DNA from: an uncultured bacterium | GTDB lineage: Bacteria; Zixibacteria; MSB-5A5; UBA10806 | Assembly (NCBI GenBank): GCA_965555375.1 | Contig: CBEWDL010000003.1 | Location: forward strand, 1 to 39,024 | Length of the DNA stretch: 39,024 bases | Reading direction: 5' to 3' | Shown: one piece after another, positions 26,583 to 36,889 of the stretch | How the letters are laid out: each line of letters opens with the position of its first letter | Numbering within the stretch: the stretch's first letter is position 1 | Position numbers and translations under genes: made by a program | Notes under the pieces: generated by a model | What the model was told of the DNA's origin: nothing | The model's database searches: none | The model's input: only the letters and a program-made list of their open reading frames with translations

Positions 26583-29500
26583 ATGAGGACAGTCCTGAAA
26601 ATACCCCTCTATGTTGTTGCCGCTGTATTTCTATTTATTTTAGCCGCCGCATACCTGTATTATTTCACAACCCTTCCGGAAAAAGAGCTCAATGACTGGA
26701 TAGACTTTACAGCTTCCCGCAAGAGCGGATTGAATGTTAGCTTTGAACGGATAAACCGTGATCTATGGAACCATCTGGCCCTGGAAGGGATAAGGATTTC
26801 CCCGGTTGTAGGCGGCAGTGGCCCGTATCTTAGAATTGCTCGCCTTGAACTTAAATATAGTCTGCTGAGATTGCTTAGGGGACACTATGCCTTCGATAGC
26901 CTGGCCATAGATTCGGTCCTGGTATCCTTTCCGGAGAAATTCGGGAAGCGAGAATCCAGCGAGGATTCTATGAGTTCTTTCTCCCTGCCGCTTTCGGCCT
27001 CCATAGATAGGATCCAGATCAATGATATTCAGGCGGTGTTGTCCGGCGGTGATATCATCTTTGTCGACTCGCTGATCCTGTCGGCCTTCAGCGAAGGAAA
27101 TAACCCGGAATTGGAACTGCAGAGCCTTGCCGCCCGCTGGCCTAACAGGGAATTTGAGATCAAGTCGATGACCGGCAAGCTTTATTCGACCAAGAACGGA
27201 TTCGATCTAAGCAATATTGGCGTGGTCACGAGCAGATCGAACCTATCTTTTACCGGCCACGTTGGCTCCTCTTTTAAAAGTGACATAGACCTCATATTTG
27301 ATTTCGCGCCCTTTGATCTCGACGATATCAGAAAGCTCACGGGCGTTAAGATAAAGGGCAAGCTGAATTCGAGTGGTACGATCCGGGGTGCGATAGATGA
27401 TTTCGGCGGCGAGGCGATGGTGAATGGAACCTTTATGGATAGGCCTTTTGATGATGTAGCCCTGTCATATAGTTTCAATAACAAGAGGTTGATGTTTTCA
27501 TCTATTGACGGGGAGATATTCCGTGCTGGTTTTGAAGGAATGGGGGAAATCGATTTTGCCTCAAAGCCGGAGAAATATGCCTATACCGGCAGAGTCGAAC
27601 ATCTGAATCTTCAAGAGATCGCCCCTGATATCAGGACCGATTTTACGGGCAATATTGATGTGACCGGCCAGGGTTTCAGCGAGGCTCAGTTCATGATGCA
27701 GATAGGCTGTGACCTTGATTCTGTTAGAATAGAGGACTACTTTTTTCGTGAGGCTACCGGTGATGTAGAATTTGATCTTCGGAAAATAGATTTTCTTCCA
27801 GGCTTCGAGGCGAGATACAAAAATACGATTCTAAGGGTTGCCGGCAGCATGGAGTACCAGGGAGATATCGATATTTTCGGCAATGCTGAATTTGATGATC
27901 TCACCGATTTTACAGATCAGACCTTCTTGAAAAAGCTAGGAGGCAGAGGCGTGGCCGGCTTCCATCTGACCGGTCCCACCCAGGATTTCACGGTCGATGC
28001 CTTTTTTGACTCGGATTCTTGCTGGACCTACGGGCTTGCTCCCGGAAGGATTCATATAAATGCGGATTTGAAATCTTTTATCAGCCACCGTGTGGGGACG
28101 GTTTCGGGTCAGTGGACCGGTGGAGAGTTGTATTCGGTTCCGACTGATTCCGGCCATTTTAAAACCAGTGTCTCCAGTGAAAGAGTATTTCTGGATACGG
28201 TTTTTATGGCGGGACTGGATGGTGGATTATGGTTCAAAGGCAGTTTTGACGGCACGGGGATTCCTCCGGTTTTCGAAGTCGATACCCTTCAGGGAGAGAT
28301 CTTTGGAAACAGCTTCTCGTCGATCGCCCCGCTCAGAATGAGTATTTATGAAAGGGAAACTCAATTTGATGATTTCAGGCTGGGATACGAGACCGGCATA
28401 ATCGAACTGACAGGAATGGTGACGAATGATCTGAAATTGGGGCTTGATGTTCGCGCCGAGGGGTTTCAGATTCAGCCGATACTATCCCAGGTCTATCCTG
28501 AAAAGAAAATTAGAGGAATCTGGAACGGATATGCACGGCTGGAAGGCGATTTCGATGATCCGGTCATGGAATTCGATGTCGAGATCGACAGCCTCTCTGT
28601 AGATAAGGTATACATGGGGAAACTTGAAGCAATAGCCAGCTATTCCGATGGTTATCTCTTGACGGAATCGGCCAGGTTGGCCTCAGAGTATGGCAACTAT
28701 GATTTCTCCGGGCGACTGCCCATGAATTTCTCATTCGAGGAGGTGGAGAGCAGATTCCCGGACGAGCCCTTAGATTTCCGTGTAAGTACATCGGGAACCA
28801 GGCTCTTGCTGGCCGAGTCGTTCATATCGAATATCGAGCGTTTTGATACGGATTTCCTCTTTGAGATCACTTTATCGGGATCGTATGGCAATCCCCGGAT
28901 AGCCGGTCATGGTAGGCTGATAAACGGCACTCTGGACGTACTGGATCTTAGAAGCCCTCTAACAGATCTTAGAGCCTACCTTCGAATGGAAAATGAAACC
29001 GTATATATCGATAGCGTCTTTGCCACCGTGGCTGAAATGGGAAAGGACTGGGGCAAACTTCTTGGAGAGCTTCTATCTCAAAAAAATGGAGCAAGAGAAA
29101 GACCGTTGATAACAGCCTCGGGCACTTTAAAATTGCAGGGCCTTGGTGATTTTCTTTACGCTATAGATATTAAAGGGGAAAATGTCTATTTCATTGCAGA
29201 TGCCTATGATGTCAGCGGGCTGGCGGATTTCGACCTGAACGTGGGGGGAGAAACTCCTCCAACGGTCCGGGGGGACCTGTTTTTGGGCAGGCTTGATATT
29301 CGCGATGAGTTCGAAAGCTTTATCGGCCTCGATTATGATCCGGCGTTTTCGACGGTGGAAGATTCCACGATCTGGGATCTCGACCTGAACATTGTGGCGC
29401 CGAACAATATCTGGATTAAAAACAGCGTGATCGACGCCGAATTCAAGGCTGATATCCGCGTTCAAAGAAGGCTTGGCATATTGAGATTTCTGGGGACCCT

Positions 29501-30098
29501 GGAAGCGATTAGAGGGTCTTATAATCTGCTGGGACAGAAATTCCGCTTTGTCTCCGGCAAGCTGACCTATAAGGATCTCGCGTCAGTCGATCCCGATATC
29601 GATTTTGTTGTCAGCACACGTATTAGAACGTCCGGGGGAGAAGCCGAGGGACCTCAAACAGTGGAATTACATATTACAGGCACGCTCTTGGAGCCGACTA
29701 TAAGTTCGTCCGGGTTGTCGAAGGAGGAGCTACTGAGGACGTTGCTTGCCGGGAGTTGGGCGGGTGGAACGCTATCCGAAGGAGGATCTGCTCAGGATAT
29801 CGTTGGCAGCGTATCTACTATCGCGTCATCCATGGGCCTGGACCCATTGACGGCTCAGGGTATTTTTGAAGAATTTGATATCGGGCAATTCGAGGAGGAA
29901 ACGCGTATATCGGTGGCGAAATATGTCTCTCGAAATTTATATGTTCGATATTCCAGAGGACTGACGAAGGACGAGCAAGGCAGTGTCGGCGTGGAATATT
30001 ATTTTAATGATAACGTTTCGTTCAGGGCCATTCAAGGTTTGCAGGGTTCCAAGGATGAGGGCATTTCGTTCGATCTTAATTTCAGTCACGAATTTTAG
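26583..30098 (+). CDS. tamB: Translocation and assembly module TamB (AsmA-like)
   Basis: N-terminal TM anchor, long beta-rich body, C-terminal DUF490-like GSYNLLGQKF..DPDID..ITGTLLEP..AKYVSRNLYVRY. Confidence 0.85.
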   Translation: MRTVLKIPLYVVAAVFLFILAAAYLYYFTTLPEKELNDWIDFTASRKSGLNVSFERINRDLWNHLALEGIRISPVVGGSGPYLRIARLELKYSLLRLLRGHYAFDSLAIDSVLVSFPEKFGKRESSEDSMSSFSLPLSASIDRIQINDIQAVLSGGDIIFVDSLILSAFSEGNNPELELQSLAARWPNREFEIKSMTGKLYSTKNGFDLSNIGVVTSRSNLSFTGHVGSSFKSDIDLIFDFAPFDLDDIRKLTGVKIKGKLNSSGTIRGAIDDFGGEAMVNGTFMDRPFDDVALSYSFNNKRLMFSSIDGEIFRAGFEGMGEIDFASKPEKYAYTGRVEHLNLQEIAPDIRTDFTGNIDVTGQGFSEAQFMMQIGCDLDSVRIEDYFFREATGDVEFDLRKIDFLPGFEARYKNTILRVAGSMEYQGDIDIFGNAEFDDLTDFTDQTFLKKLGGRGVAGFHLTGPTQDFTVDAFFDSDSCWTYGLAPGRIHINADLKSFISHRVGTVSGQWTGGELYSVPTDSGHFKTSVSSERVFLDTVFMAGLDGGLWFKGSFDGTGIPPVFEVDTLQGEIFGNSFSSIAPLRMSIYERETQFDDFRLGYETGIIELTGMVTNDLKLGLDVRAEGFQIQPILSQVYPEKKIRGIWNGYARLEGDFDDPVMEFDVEIDSLSVDKVYMGKLEAIASYSDGYLLTESARLASEYGNYDFSGRLPMNFSFEEVESRFPDEPLDFRVSTSGTRLLLAESFISNIERFDTDFLFEITLSGSYGNPRIAGHGRLINGTLDVLDLRSPLTDLRAYLRMENETVYIDSVFATVAEMGKDWGKLLGELLSQKNGARERPLITASGTLKLQGLGDFLYAIDIKGENVYFIADAYDVSGLADFDLNVGGETPPTVRGDLFLGRLDIRDEFESFIGLDYDPAFSTVEDSTIWDLDLNIVAPNNIWIKNSVIDAEFKADIRVQRRLGILRFLGTLEAIRGSYNLLGQKFRFVSGKLTYKDLASVDPDIDFVVSTRIRTSGGEAEGPQTVELHITGTLLEPTISSSGLSKEELLRTLLAGSWAGGTLSEGGSAQDIVGSVSTIASSMGLDPLTAQGIFEEFDIGQFEEETRISVAKYVSRNLYVRYSRGLTKDEQGSVGVEYYFNDNVSFRAIQGLQGSKDEGISFDLNFSHEF

Positions 30099-32034
30099 TC
30101 TTTTTTTCCTCCTGATACTGTCTTTAACGGCAGCCGCACAGGATGAAATATCTTCACCAAAAATCAGTAAAATCCGGCGGCAGGTGGTTAGAAAGGTCGA
30201 ACTGCAGGGAGTGAAATCTTTCCCCCGTTCAGAGATTGAAGGACTTCTGTTTACCAAACCGAATCACTGGTATAATTTCTTAAAGAAGCGTCGGCTGTCA
30301 AAATCAAACGTCATATACGATGAAAGAACCATCGAACGTTTCTACAAAAGGCGTGGTTTTCTTTTTGCCTCGGCCAGCAATTCCGTTACGATCGATGAAA
30401 ACGATAAAGCTATCGTCACATTTGAAGTTGAGGAGGGCAAAAGAACCTATCTCTCCGGTGTTGGTATCGAGGGTGGTATTGAGAACATAAACGCCGAATT
30501 CAACAAGACCCTCTGGCAATTCAAAACGGGCTCCCCCGTTAATGCTGGTCAGGTACTTTCCGGGAGTTTCATTTTAAGAGATATTTATCAAGACAACGGT
30601 TATCCTTATGCAAAAGTCAACAGCCTGTATGGTTTCAACGTCGACAGCACCGAGGCTTTCATTCAATATGCCGTCGCAGAATCAGTTTATACCGTTAACG
30701 GTGAAACCGCGATTGAGGAAAAAGGAATTACAAATCATAATGTCATGTTGAGGGAATTGGCGATCAAAACCGGCGAAGAGTACAGGCGCGAGGACATCAT
30801 AGAATCGGAGCGAAGACTTTATTCCACCGGGCTATTCAGGTATTTAGCTATAAGGCGGGATGATTCTACCTTTTCGATGGACGGAAACTCTCCGGCCAGG
30901 GTCGGTTTTTCTCTGAATTTTGAGGAGAGGAAACCATTTTTCATCAATGGGGGCTTCGGCATAGGCCGCGAGGAGAATTTCGAGATGGTACTCAGAGGCT
31001 CGGCGCGATTGGGAAACGGGAATCTTATGGGCACCGGTCGCAGATTGTATGTAGGTTTTGAACCGCGTTTCCAGATCCTTGATCCGCAGGGCGCGCTGCC
31101 GAAATTTGGCTGGTCGGATTTCAGGAAAAAGCTCAGGTTTAAACCTATCAGAACTTCCTTTGAACTGAATTATGTAGAACCATGGTTTTTGAGCCGCCGG
31201 ATACCTATGTCGGTAAGGCTGATTTATGAACCTTATACGTTCAATCCGACGCTTGAGAAGAGGTATGACCGGGCGGGGGCGGAGGTGCGCTTTGCTTATG
31301 AACTGGATCGTTTCACCACAGCCCGGTTAACCGGGGCTACGGAGTATGTAAACTTCAGGGATATTCCGGAGGATCAGCAGGAGGTCTACAGGGCGGAGGG
31401 TGATAATCAGATCAGAAGAAAAATCCAGATCTATGGTGAGAGGGATACCAGGGATAACCTTTTCATTCCCCAGCACGGTTCTTATTCCTTTATCGGCATC
31501 GAATACGTGGGTGGTATCCTGGGCGGGGATTTCGGCTATCGCAAGGCCCAGTTTTCGTGGAGCCGTTATCAGGTGCTTTCCGGGCAAAATCTTCTGGCCT
31601 CACGGATATGGGTCGGCTGGCTCGATGATATGGGAAAGGACGACAGATCGAGTGTCGAGGACAGATTCCTTATCGGCGGCGGAACCACCATAAGAGGCTA
31701 TGCGGAAAACAGCCTGGGGCCTATTTTCACCGAGGCTGACGACCCGGGCGAAAAGCTTGGAAGACCTAAAGGCGGTCGATATCTTATCCTGGGCAATATG
31801 GAAATTCGCCGTCCTCTATTCTGGAGGTTCGGCGGCACGGTTTTTGTCGATGCCGGCAACACGTATTTCGATCTTGGTGACATGACCTTGCTGTCAGTGG
31901 CTTTTACATCCGGCCTTGGAGTACAATTCTTTACCCCCATCGGTCCGATCAGATTTGATTATGGTGTACGTATGAAAAAGGATTTCGACCTGGGAGCAGG
32001 CAACTACCATCTTTCGATATTATATGCTTTCTAA
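30055..32034 (+). CDS. Omp85-family outer-membrane protein (TamA/BamA-like)
   Basis: POTRA motifs (FYKRRGF, YQDNGY, RLYSTGLF), TIRGY loop 6, FVDAGN, TPIGPIRFDYG, terminal Phe. The start at 30055 gives a signal peptide. Confidence 0.88.
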   Translation: MRAFRSILISVTNFSLFFLLILSLTAAAQDEISSPKISKIRRQVVRKVELQGVKSFPRSEIEGLLFTKPNHWYNFLKKRRLSKSNVIYDERTIERFYKRRGFLFASASNSVTIDENDKAIVTFEVEEGKRTYLSGVGIEGGIENINAEFNKTLWQFKTGSPVNAGQVLSGSFILRDIYQDNGYPYAKVNSLYGFNVDSTEAFIQYAVAESVYTVNGETAIEEKGITNHNVMLRELAIKTGEEYRREDIIESERRLYSTGLFRYLAIRRDDSTFSMDGNSPARVGFSLNFEERKPFFINGGFGIGREENFEMVLRGSARLGNGNLMGTGRRLYVGFEPRFQILDPQGALPKFGWSDFRKKLRFKPIRTSFELNYVEPWFLSRRIPMSVRLIYEPYTFNPTLEKRYDRAGAEVRFAYELDRFTTARLTGATEYVNFRDIPEDQQEVYRAEGDNQIRRKIQIYGERDTRDNLFIPQHGSYSFIGIEYVGGILGGDFGYRKAQFSWSRYQVLSGQNLLASRIWVGWLDDMGKDDRSSVEDRFLIGGGTTIRGYAENSLGPIFTEADDPGEKLGRPKGGRYLILGNMEIRRPLFWRFGGTVFVDAGNTYFDLGDMTLLSVAFTSGLGVQFFTPIGPIRFDYGVRMKKDFDLGAGNYHLSILYAF

Positions 32035-32767
32035 AAAACCGAAAATCGGTATTACCCTCTCGGAGGCGGAAGGCAGCGATGTTAATCGCTGGCCTTTACG
32101 GAGGGGGTTCGATTATATTAAGCGGCAATATTATCAGGCCATCCTGAAATCAGGCGGCATTCCGATCCTGTTGGCCAATATCGAGCGACGTTATGCAGTC
32201 AAATCTCTTCTGGAATCGATAGATGGGCTTTTGATTACCGGGGGGCCGGATCTGCACCCCAGACACTTCAATCAAAAGCCCCACAGAAAGCTGTCCAGCA
32301 CGACCAGGGCGCGCGATCGATTCGAGCTGGAAGCCATAAGAATAGCGTTGAGGATAAATCTGCCGATTCTCGGTATTTGCCGGGGTCATCAGGCCTTGAA
32401 CGTCGCATTCGGCGGAACCCTTTATCAGGACCTCTCATGTATCCCCGCGAAAAAGGTCGCCCACGCCGATCCGCATCAGACGGGAAAGGTTTTTCATAGA
32501 GTGAAGATCGAAGAGGGAAGCAGATTGCATGATATTATTGGCCGGACGGCTATCCAGACCAATTCCAGCCATCATCAGGCAATAGACAAACTCGGTGACG
32601 GGTTGCGGGCGAGCGCCTTTGCGCCTGACGGTGTAATCGAGGCGATAGAGCATCCGGGCTTCGACCTCGTTTTGAGTGTCCAATGGCACCCGGAGAGCAT
32701 TTATGGGAGGACGCACTGCAAGAGGCTTTTCAACGCTTTCGTAACAGAAGCTGCCAGAAGAAGTTAA
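32024..32767 (+). CDS. Peptidase C26 / gamma-glutamyl-gamma-aminobutyrate hydrolase (PuuD-like)
   Basis: GLLITGGPD, LGICRGHQ, NSSHHQA, VQWHPE. Confidence 0.9.
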   Translation: MLSKKPKIGITLSEAEGSDVNRWPLRRGFDYIKRQYYQAILKSGGIPILLANIERRYAVKSLLESIDGLLITGGPDLHPRHFNQKPHRKLSSTTRARDRFELEAIRIALRINLPILGICRGHQALNVAFGGTLYQDLSCIPAKKVAHADPHQTGKVFHRVKIEEGSRLHDIIGRTAIQTNSSHHQAIDKLGDGLRASAFAPDGVIEAIEHPGFDLVLSVQWHPESIYGRTHCKRLFNAFVTEAARRS

Positions 32768-32783
32768 CGCCTCTCGGTTGATA

Positions 32784-32812
32784 TTGACATACTCTCTTGC
32801 CATACCTATATT
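32784..32812 (+). promoter_or_regulatory. Sigma70 promoter for iscS-mnmA
   Basis: TTGACA-N17-TATATT. Confidence 0.7.
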
Positions 32813-32839
32813 GTCCGTAGCGTAAAAAGGAGATTTCAG

Positions 32840-34009
32840 ATGAGAACTGTCTACCTTGATCACAACGCCACGACCCCGGTTCATCCTGAGGTCTTCGAGG
32901 CGACGAAGCCATATTTCATAGAGAGGTTCGGGAATGCCAGCTCCATTCATCAGAGTGGCCGTGAGGCCAAGGCGGGTCTGGAGGAGGCCAGGCAGACCAT
33001 AGCCGATCTTCTCGGATGTAAGCCTTCGGAACTCTATTTCACCTCCGGCGGTACTGAATCGGACAATTTCGCAATTAAAGGCGTGGCGTTCGCCAATCGA
33101 GCAAAGGGAAAGCACATAATTACCTCCTCTATCGAGCATCATGCGGTGGAGATATCATGCAGGTTCCTGGAGAAGGAGGGATTCAGCGTAACCTATCTGC
33201 CGGTTGATTCCGAGGGATTCGTCGATCCCGATGAACTTAAAAAGGCTATCCGGCCGGATACGATACTGGTTACAATTATGTATGCCAATAATGAAACCGG
33301 CGTGATCCAGGATCTGGAGGCATTGGTATCGATTGCGAGAGATGCGGGCGTATATTTTCATACCGATGCGGTTCAGGCGACGGGGAAAATTCCGTACAAT
33401 ATAAACGACCTGGGTTGCGATCTGCTCTCGATCTCCGCCCATAAGTTATACGGCCCTAAAGGAGCAGGCTTGATATATATTAAATCGGGGACAAAGATTC
33501 AGCCCTGGAATGAAGGCGGCGGGCACGAGCGAGGACGCCGTGCCGGAACAGAAAATGTTGCCGGAGCAATCGGCCTGGCCAAGGCCTTAGAGATTGCCGC
33601 CCGGGATATGGATTCTGAAACGAAAAAAATGACCTCCATGACTACCCGATTTTACAAATTAGTGATGGAGAGAATCCCCGATATCAGGTTCAACGGTAGC
33701 TTCCAGAAACGTGTCCCCAATACGCTGAATATCTCCTTTCGGGCGGTCGAGGGCGAGGCCATGATACTCAGCCTCGATCTTAAAGGCATAATGGTATCCT
33801 CCGGTTCAGCATGCACGTCCGGCACGACGGAGCCGTCGCATGTTCTGAAGGCCATGGGGGTTCCACCGGAGATGGGCCAGGGTTCGATTCGTTTTTCGTT
33901 CGGGAGAAGTAATAAAGAGAACGACGTAGAATATGTCGTCGATATTCTCGCCGGTGAGGTTGAACGTCTTAGAGATATTTCTCCTCTGTATGCTCAATCT
34001 AAAAGCTAA
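32840..34009 (+). CDS. iscS: Cysteine desulfurase (IscS/NifS group I)
   Basis: YLDHNATT, FTSGGTESDN, HTDAVQ, SAHKLYGPKG, SSGSACTS. Confidence 0.93.
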   Translation: MRTVYLDHNATTPVHPEVFEATKPYFIERFGNASSIHQSGREAKAGLEEARQTIADLLGCKPSELYFTSGGTESDNFAIKGVAFANRAKGKHIITSSIEHHAVEISCRFLEKEGFSVTYLPVDSEGFVDPDELKKAIRPDTILVTIMYANNETGVIQDLEALVSIARDAGVYFHTDAVQATGKIPYNINDLGCDLLSISAHKLYGPKGAGLIYIKSGTKIQPWNEGGGHERGRRAGTENVAGAIGLAKALEIAARDMDSETKKMTSMTTRFYKLVMERIPDIRFNGSFQKRVPNTLNISFRAVEGEAMILSLDLKGIMVSSGSACTSGTTEPSHVLKAMGVPPEMGQGSIRFSFGRSNKENDVEYVVDILAGEVERLRDISPLYAQSKS

Positions 34010-34032
34010 AATAGATGAGATACCTTAGAGGA

Positions 34033-34056
34033 GCCCCGGCGCTCCGGGGCCTTTTT
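34033..34056 (+). terminator. GC-rich hairpin plus T-run between iscS and mnmA
   Basis: GCCCCGG-CGCT-CCGGGGC-CTTTTT. Confidence 0.55.
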
Positions 34057-34060
34057 AGTA

Positions 34061-35149
34061 ATGGGAAAGAAAAAAGTCTTGATAGGATTATCCGGGGGCG
34101 TCGATAGCTCCGTTGCGGCGGCTTTGCTGGTGGAACAGGGGTATGATGTTATCGGCGTTACGCTGAAACTTTACGATTATGCTGAACTCGATTTCGATCC
34201 TCCCGACGGCGGCTGCTGCTCTATCAGTCTGATCGATGACGCCCGAAGCGTATGTTCCCGGCTGAACATCCCGCACTACGTCCTGGATCTGAGAGACTCA
34301 TTTCAGAGAAACGTTATCGACGATTTTATGGAATCTTACAGCCGCGGGCGAACACCGAATCCTTGCGTCAACTGCAATACACATATCAAATGGGGGGAGA
34401 TGCTAAAAATTGCCGATAAGCTCGGATGCCAATTTGTTGCAACAGGACATTACGCCCGGATCGATCGCTCGTATAAGATTCCTCGCCTGTTAAAAGGATT
34501 GGATAGATCCCGGGATCAATCCTATGCTCTGTGGGGGATACCGCGTGACACACTGGCCCGCACGTTGCTCCCTCTCGGCGAACTCACCAAGCGGGAGACA
34601 AGAGAGATTGCAAAACGCAATAATTTCCGCAACGCAGAGCGCCCCGACAGCCAGGAGATATGTTTCGTTCCCGCAGGCGACTATTCCTATATAATCCGCC
34701 AGAGGTTCGGGAATAACAATCCATCGTTGAAGCCCGGTCCCATTTACAATAGCGAAGGCAAGACTATCGGAGAGCACAAGGGTTATGCCAACTATACAAT
34801 CGGTCAGAGGCGGGGACTGGGCATATCTTATCCAGCGCCCCTGTATGTCACCAGGATCAACCCGGATGATGGGAGTATCACGGTTGGCGTCAAGGAGCGG
34901 TTGTTTGCCACGCGTTTTACCGTTGTGAGAGTAAATCTATTGGTATCAAGTGAAGAAATACCGGGTAAGATTGATGTTAAAATTAGATATCGTCACCGGG
35001 CCCGCGCCGCCACGTTAAGGTTAAAAGGCGATAACGGAGAAGTAATTTTTGATGAGCCGCAGAGAGCGATTACGCCGGGCCAATCGGCGGTATTTTACGA
35101 TGATGATCTGGTGATAGGCGGGGGAGCTATAGTAAAAGTGCTCGGCTGA
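34061..35149 (+). CDS. mnmA: tRNA-specific 2-thiouridylase MnmA
   Basis: SGGVDS, TPNPCVNCN, ATGHYA, DQSY, DSQEICF, YTIGQRRGL, TPGQSAVFY. Confidence 0.96.
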   Translation: MGKKKVLIGLSGGVDSSVAAALLVEQGYDVIGVTLKLYDYAELDFDPPDGGCCSISLIDDARSVCSRLNIPHYVLDLRDSFQRNVIDDFMESYSRGRTPNPCVNCNTHIKWGEMLKIADKLGCQFVATGHYARIDRSYKIPRLLKGLDRSRDQSYALWGIPRDTLARTLLPLGELTKRETREIAKRNNFRNAERPDSQEICFVPAGDYSYIIRQRFGNNNPSLKPGPIYNSEGKTIGEHKGYANYTIGQRRGLGISYPAPLYVTRINPDDGSITVGVKERLFATRFTVVRVNLLVSSEEIPGKIDVKIRYRHRARAATLRLKGDNGEVIFDEPQRAITPGQSAVFYDDDLVIGGGAIVKVLG

Positions 35150-35173
35150 TTGTCTGCAATCCGGACAATTGAG

Positions 35174-35202
35174 TTGACATAAAGACGTAAGCAGAATAAA
35201 TT
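35174..35202 (+). promoter_or_regulatory. Sigma70 promoter
   Basis: TTGACA-N17-TAAATT. Confidence 0.65.
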
Positions 35203-35228
35203 CATGACGAAGACAGGGAGGATATATT

Positions 35229-35915
35229 ATGGTGAAAGTCACATTTATAGGACATTCGTGCTTTTTTCTGGAGAGCGGTTCTCACAAGATCTTGATCGAT
35301 CCGTTTATCACGGGAAACCCGGTTGCCAGGGCATCGAAGGAGCATAAGAAGGCTGATTTTATCCTTATAAGCCACGGTCACGGCGACCATCTGGGAGATG
35401 CCGTGAAGCTGGCCAAAGGATCGGGAGCCACGGTTATTTCAAACTTCGAGATCTGCACCTATTGTGAATCCCAGGGGGTTGAGAAGACTCATCCTCTGCA
35501 TATTGGCGGTGGCAACAAATTTCCTTTTGGCTCCGTGAAATTGACCATCGCTCATCACGGTTCCACCCTGGGAGATAAACTTGAATACGGTGGGAATCCC
35601 GCGGGATTCATTATCCGCACCGATGGAAAGGTGATATATCATTCCGGAGATACGGGACTGTTTCTGGATATGAGGCTAATCGGCGAACTGGATAGTATCG
35701 ACCTGGCGCTTCTACCGATCGGGGGCAATTTCACCATGGATATTCCAGACGCCATCAAAGCCGTGGAATTCTTAAAACCGAAAAAGGCGATCCCCATGCA
35801 CTATAATACGTTCGACCTTATAGCCTGTGACCCCGAAGATTTCGTAAACGGCATCAAGCCCCTGGGGGTCGAAGGGATTGCCCTCGGCTTCGGTGAAAGC
35901 TACGAATTGAATTGA
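35229..35915 (+). CDS. UPF0173 metal-dependent hydrolase (metallo-beta-lactamase fold)
   Basis: GHSCF, IDPFITGNP, SHGHGDH, YHSGDT, LPIGGNFTM, PMHYNTF. Confidence 0.9.
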   Translation: MVKVTFIGHSCFFLESGSHKILIDPFITGNPVARASKEHKKADFILISHGHGDHLGDAVKLAKGSGATVISNFEICTYCESQGVEKTHPLHIGGGNKFPFGSVKLTIAHHGSTLGDKLEYGGNPAGFIIRTDGKVIYHSGDTGLFLDMRLIGELDSIDLALLPIGGNFTMDIPDAIKAVEFLKPKKAIPMHYNTFDLIACDPEDFVNGIKPLGVEGIALGFGESYELN

Positions 35916-36889
35916 GTGCGATGTCGATTTTCGCTCATAAAGCCCGGAAAATCATTCTGGGCTTTTGTTTTATAATCGCCTTATCAGCGCCATCGGATCA
36001 ATTATGGTCACAGACGACTCCAACAGGGCTATTTGAGGTTTTCCCCGCCGATGATATTTATGCTGATTCCGCTCGGTACTATTTAGAATACTTCCAGGAT
36101 ATTCTCGCCAATCTATTGGGAGAATCGCTCGATACGACAGTTACAGTATATCTGGCTGCCAGCGAGGACGAATTTTCACAAACCACGGGGCCGTCGATTC
36201 CTGACTGGGGCGCCGGCGTAGCCTTATTGGAATACAATAGAATTGTTATTAAATCTCCAAAATATATGAGGATTGGAAAATCTTTCAGGGAGTTAATCGG
36301 CCATGAATTGACCCATATTATGCTCCACCGCGCCGCTGGAGGCCGCTGGCTGCCGCGATGGATTCATGAAGGGTTGGCCATGCATGTTTCCGGTGAATGG
36401 AGCATAGGCCAGGATATACTCGTGGCCAGAGCCGCCTGGACGAAAAACCTTATCCAACTCCATCGTCTGGAGGGAATGTCAGTATTCAACGGGGCCAAGG
36501 CGAATCTGGCTTACACTGAATCGTATCTGGCAGTATCGAGTCTTCTAAAAAAGGGGGATCCCTTTCTGCTTGCAGATTTATTAGCGCTGTATAGAAATAC
36601 CAACGATTTTCTCCATAGCTTCCGCGTGGTGGTCGGTACCGATTACAGTCGATGGACAAACAATTGGTTTGAGAGGACATCTATGCAATATCATCTTTTA
36701 TTATTTATTTTTGATTGGAAACTATTCTGGCTGGCTTTACCCTTGTTTATAATCCTTCTGTTTCTATTGAAGAGAAGGCAAAACGTAAAGACAAAGAGAC
36801 GCTGGAAGATTGAGGAGCGGCTCAATCCGCCGGACGACAGCTATAAGCAATATTTCGATGGCTACTACGATGAAGAAAATCAGGCATAG
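35912..36889 (+). CDS. Peptidase MA-like zinc metallopeptidase with C-terminal TM anchor
   Basis: HELTH plus PRWIHEGLA gluzincin motif; signal peptide; TM helix followed by KRR. Confidence 0.8.
   Translation: MSAMSIFAHKARKIILGFCFIIALSAPSDQLWSQTTPTGLFEVFPADDIYADSARYYLEYFQDILANLLGESLDTTVTVYLAASEDEFSQTTGPSIPDWGAGVALLEYNRIVIKSPKYMRIGKSFRELIGHELTHIMLHRAAGGRWLPRWIHEGLAMHVSGEWSIGQDILVARAAWTKNLIQLHRLEGMSVFNGAKANLAYTESYLAVSSLLKKGDPFLLADLLALYRNTNDFLHSFRVVVGTDYSRWTNNWFERTSMQYHLLLFIFDWKLFWLALPLFIILLFLLKRRQNVKTKRRWKIEERLNPPDDSYKQYFDGYYDEENQA

Noticed and set aside
29983-30054. N-terminal extension of the Omp85 ORF (also 36810-36869 for the acyltransferase)
   Set aside because: These extensions overlap the upstream gene excessively; downstream ATG starts give a proper signal peptide or family-typical N-terminus.
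7848-36889. Genome-wide TAG reassignment
   Set aside because: Many genes end normally at TAG (8435, 11938, 19851, 24427, 25763, 26567, 30098, 36889), close to the next gene.
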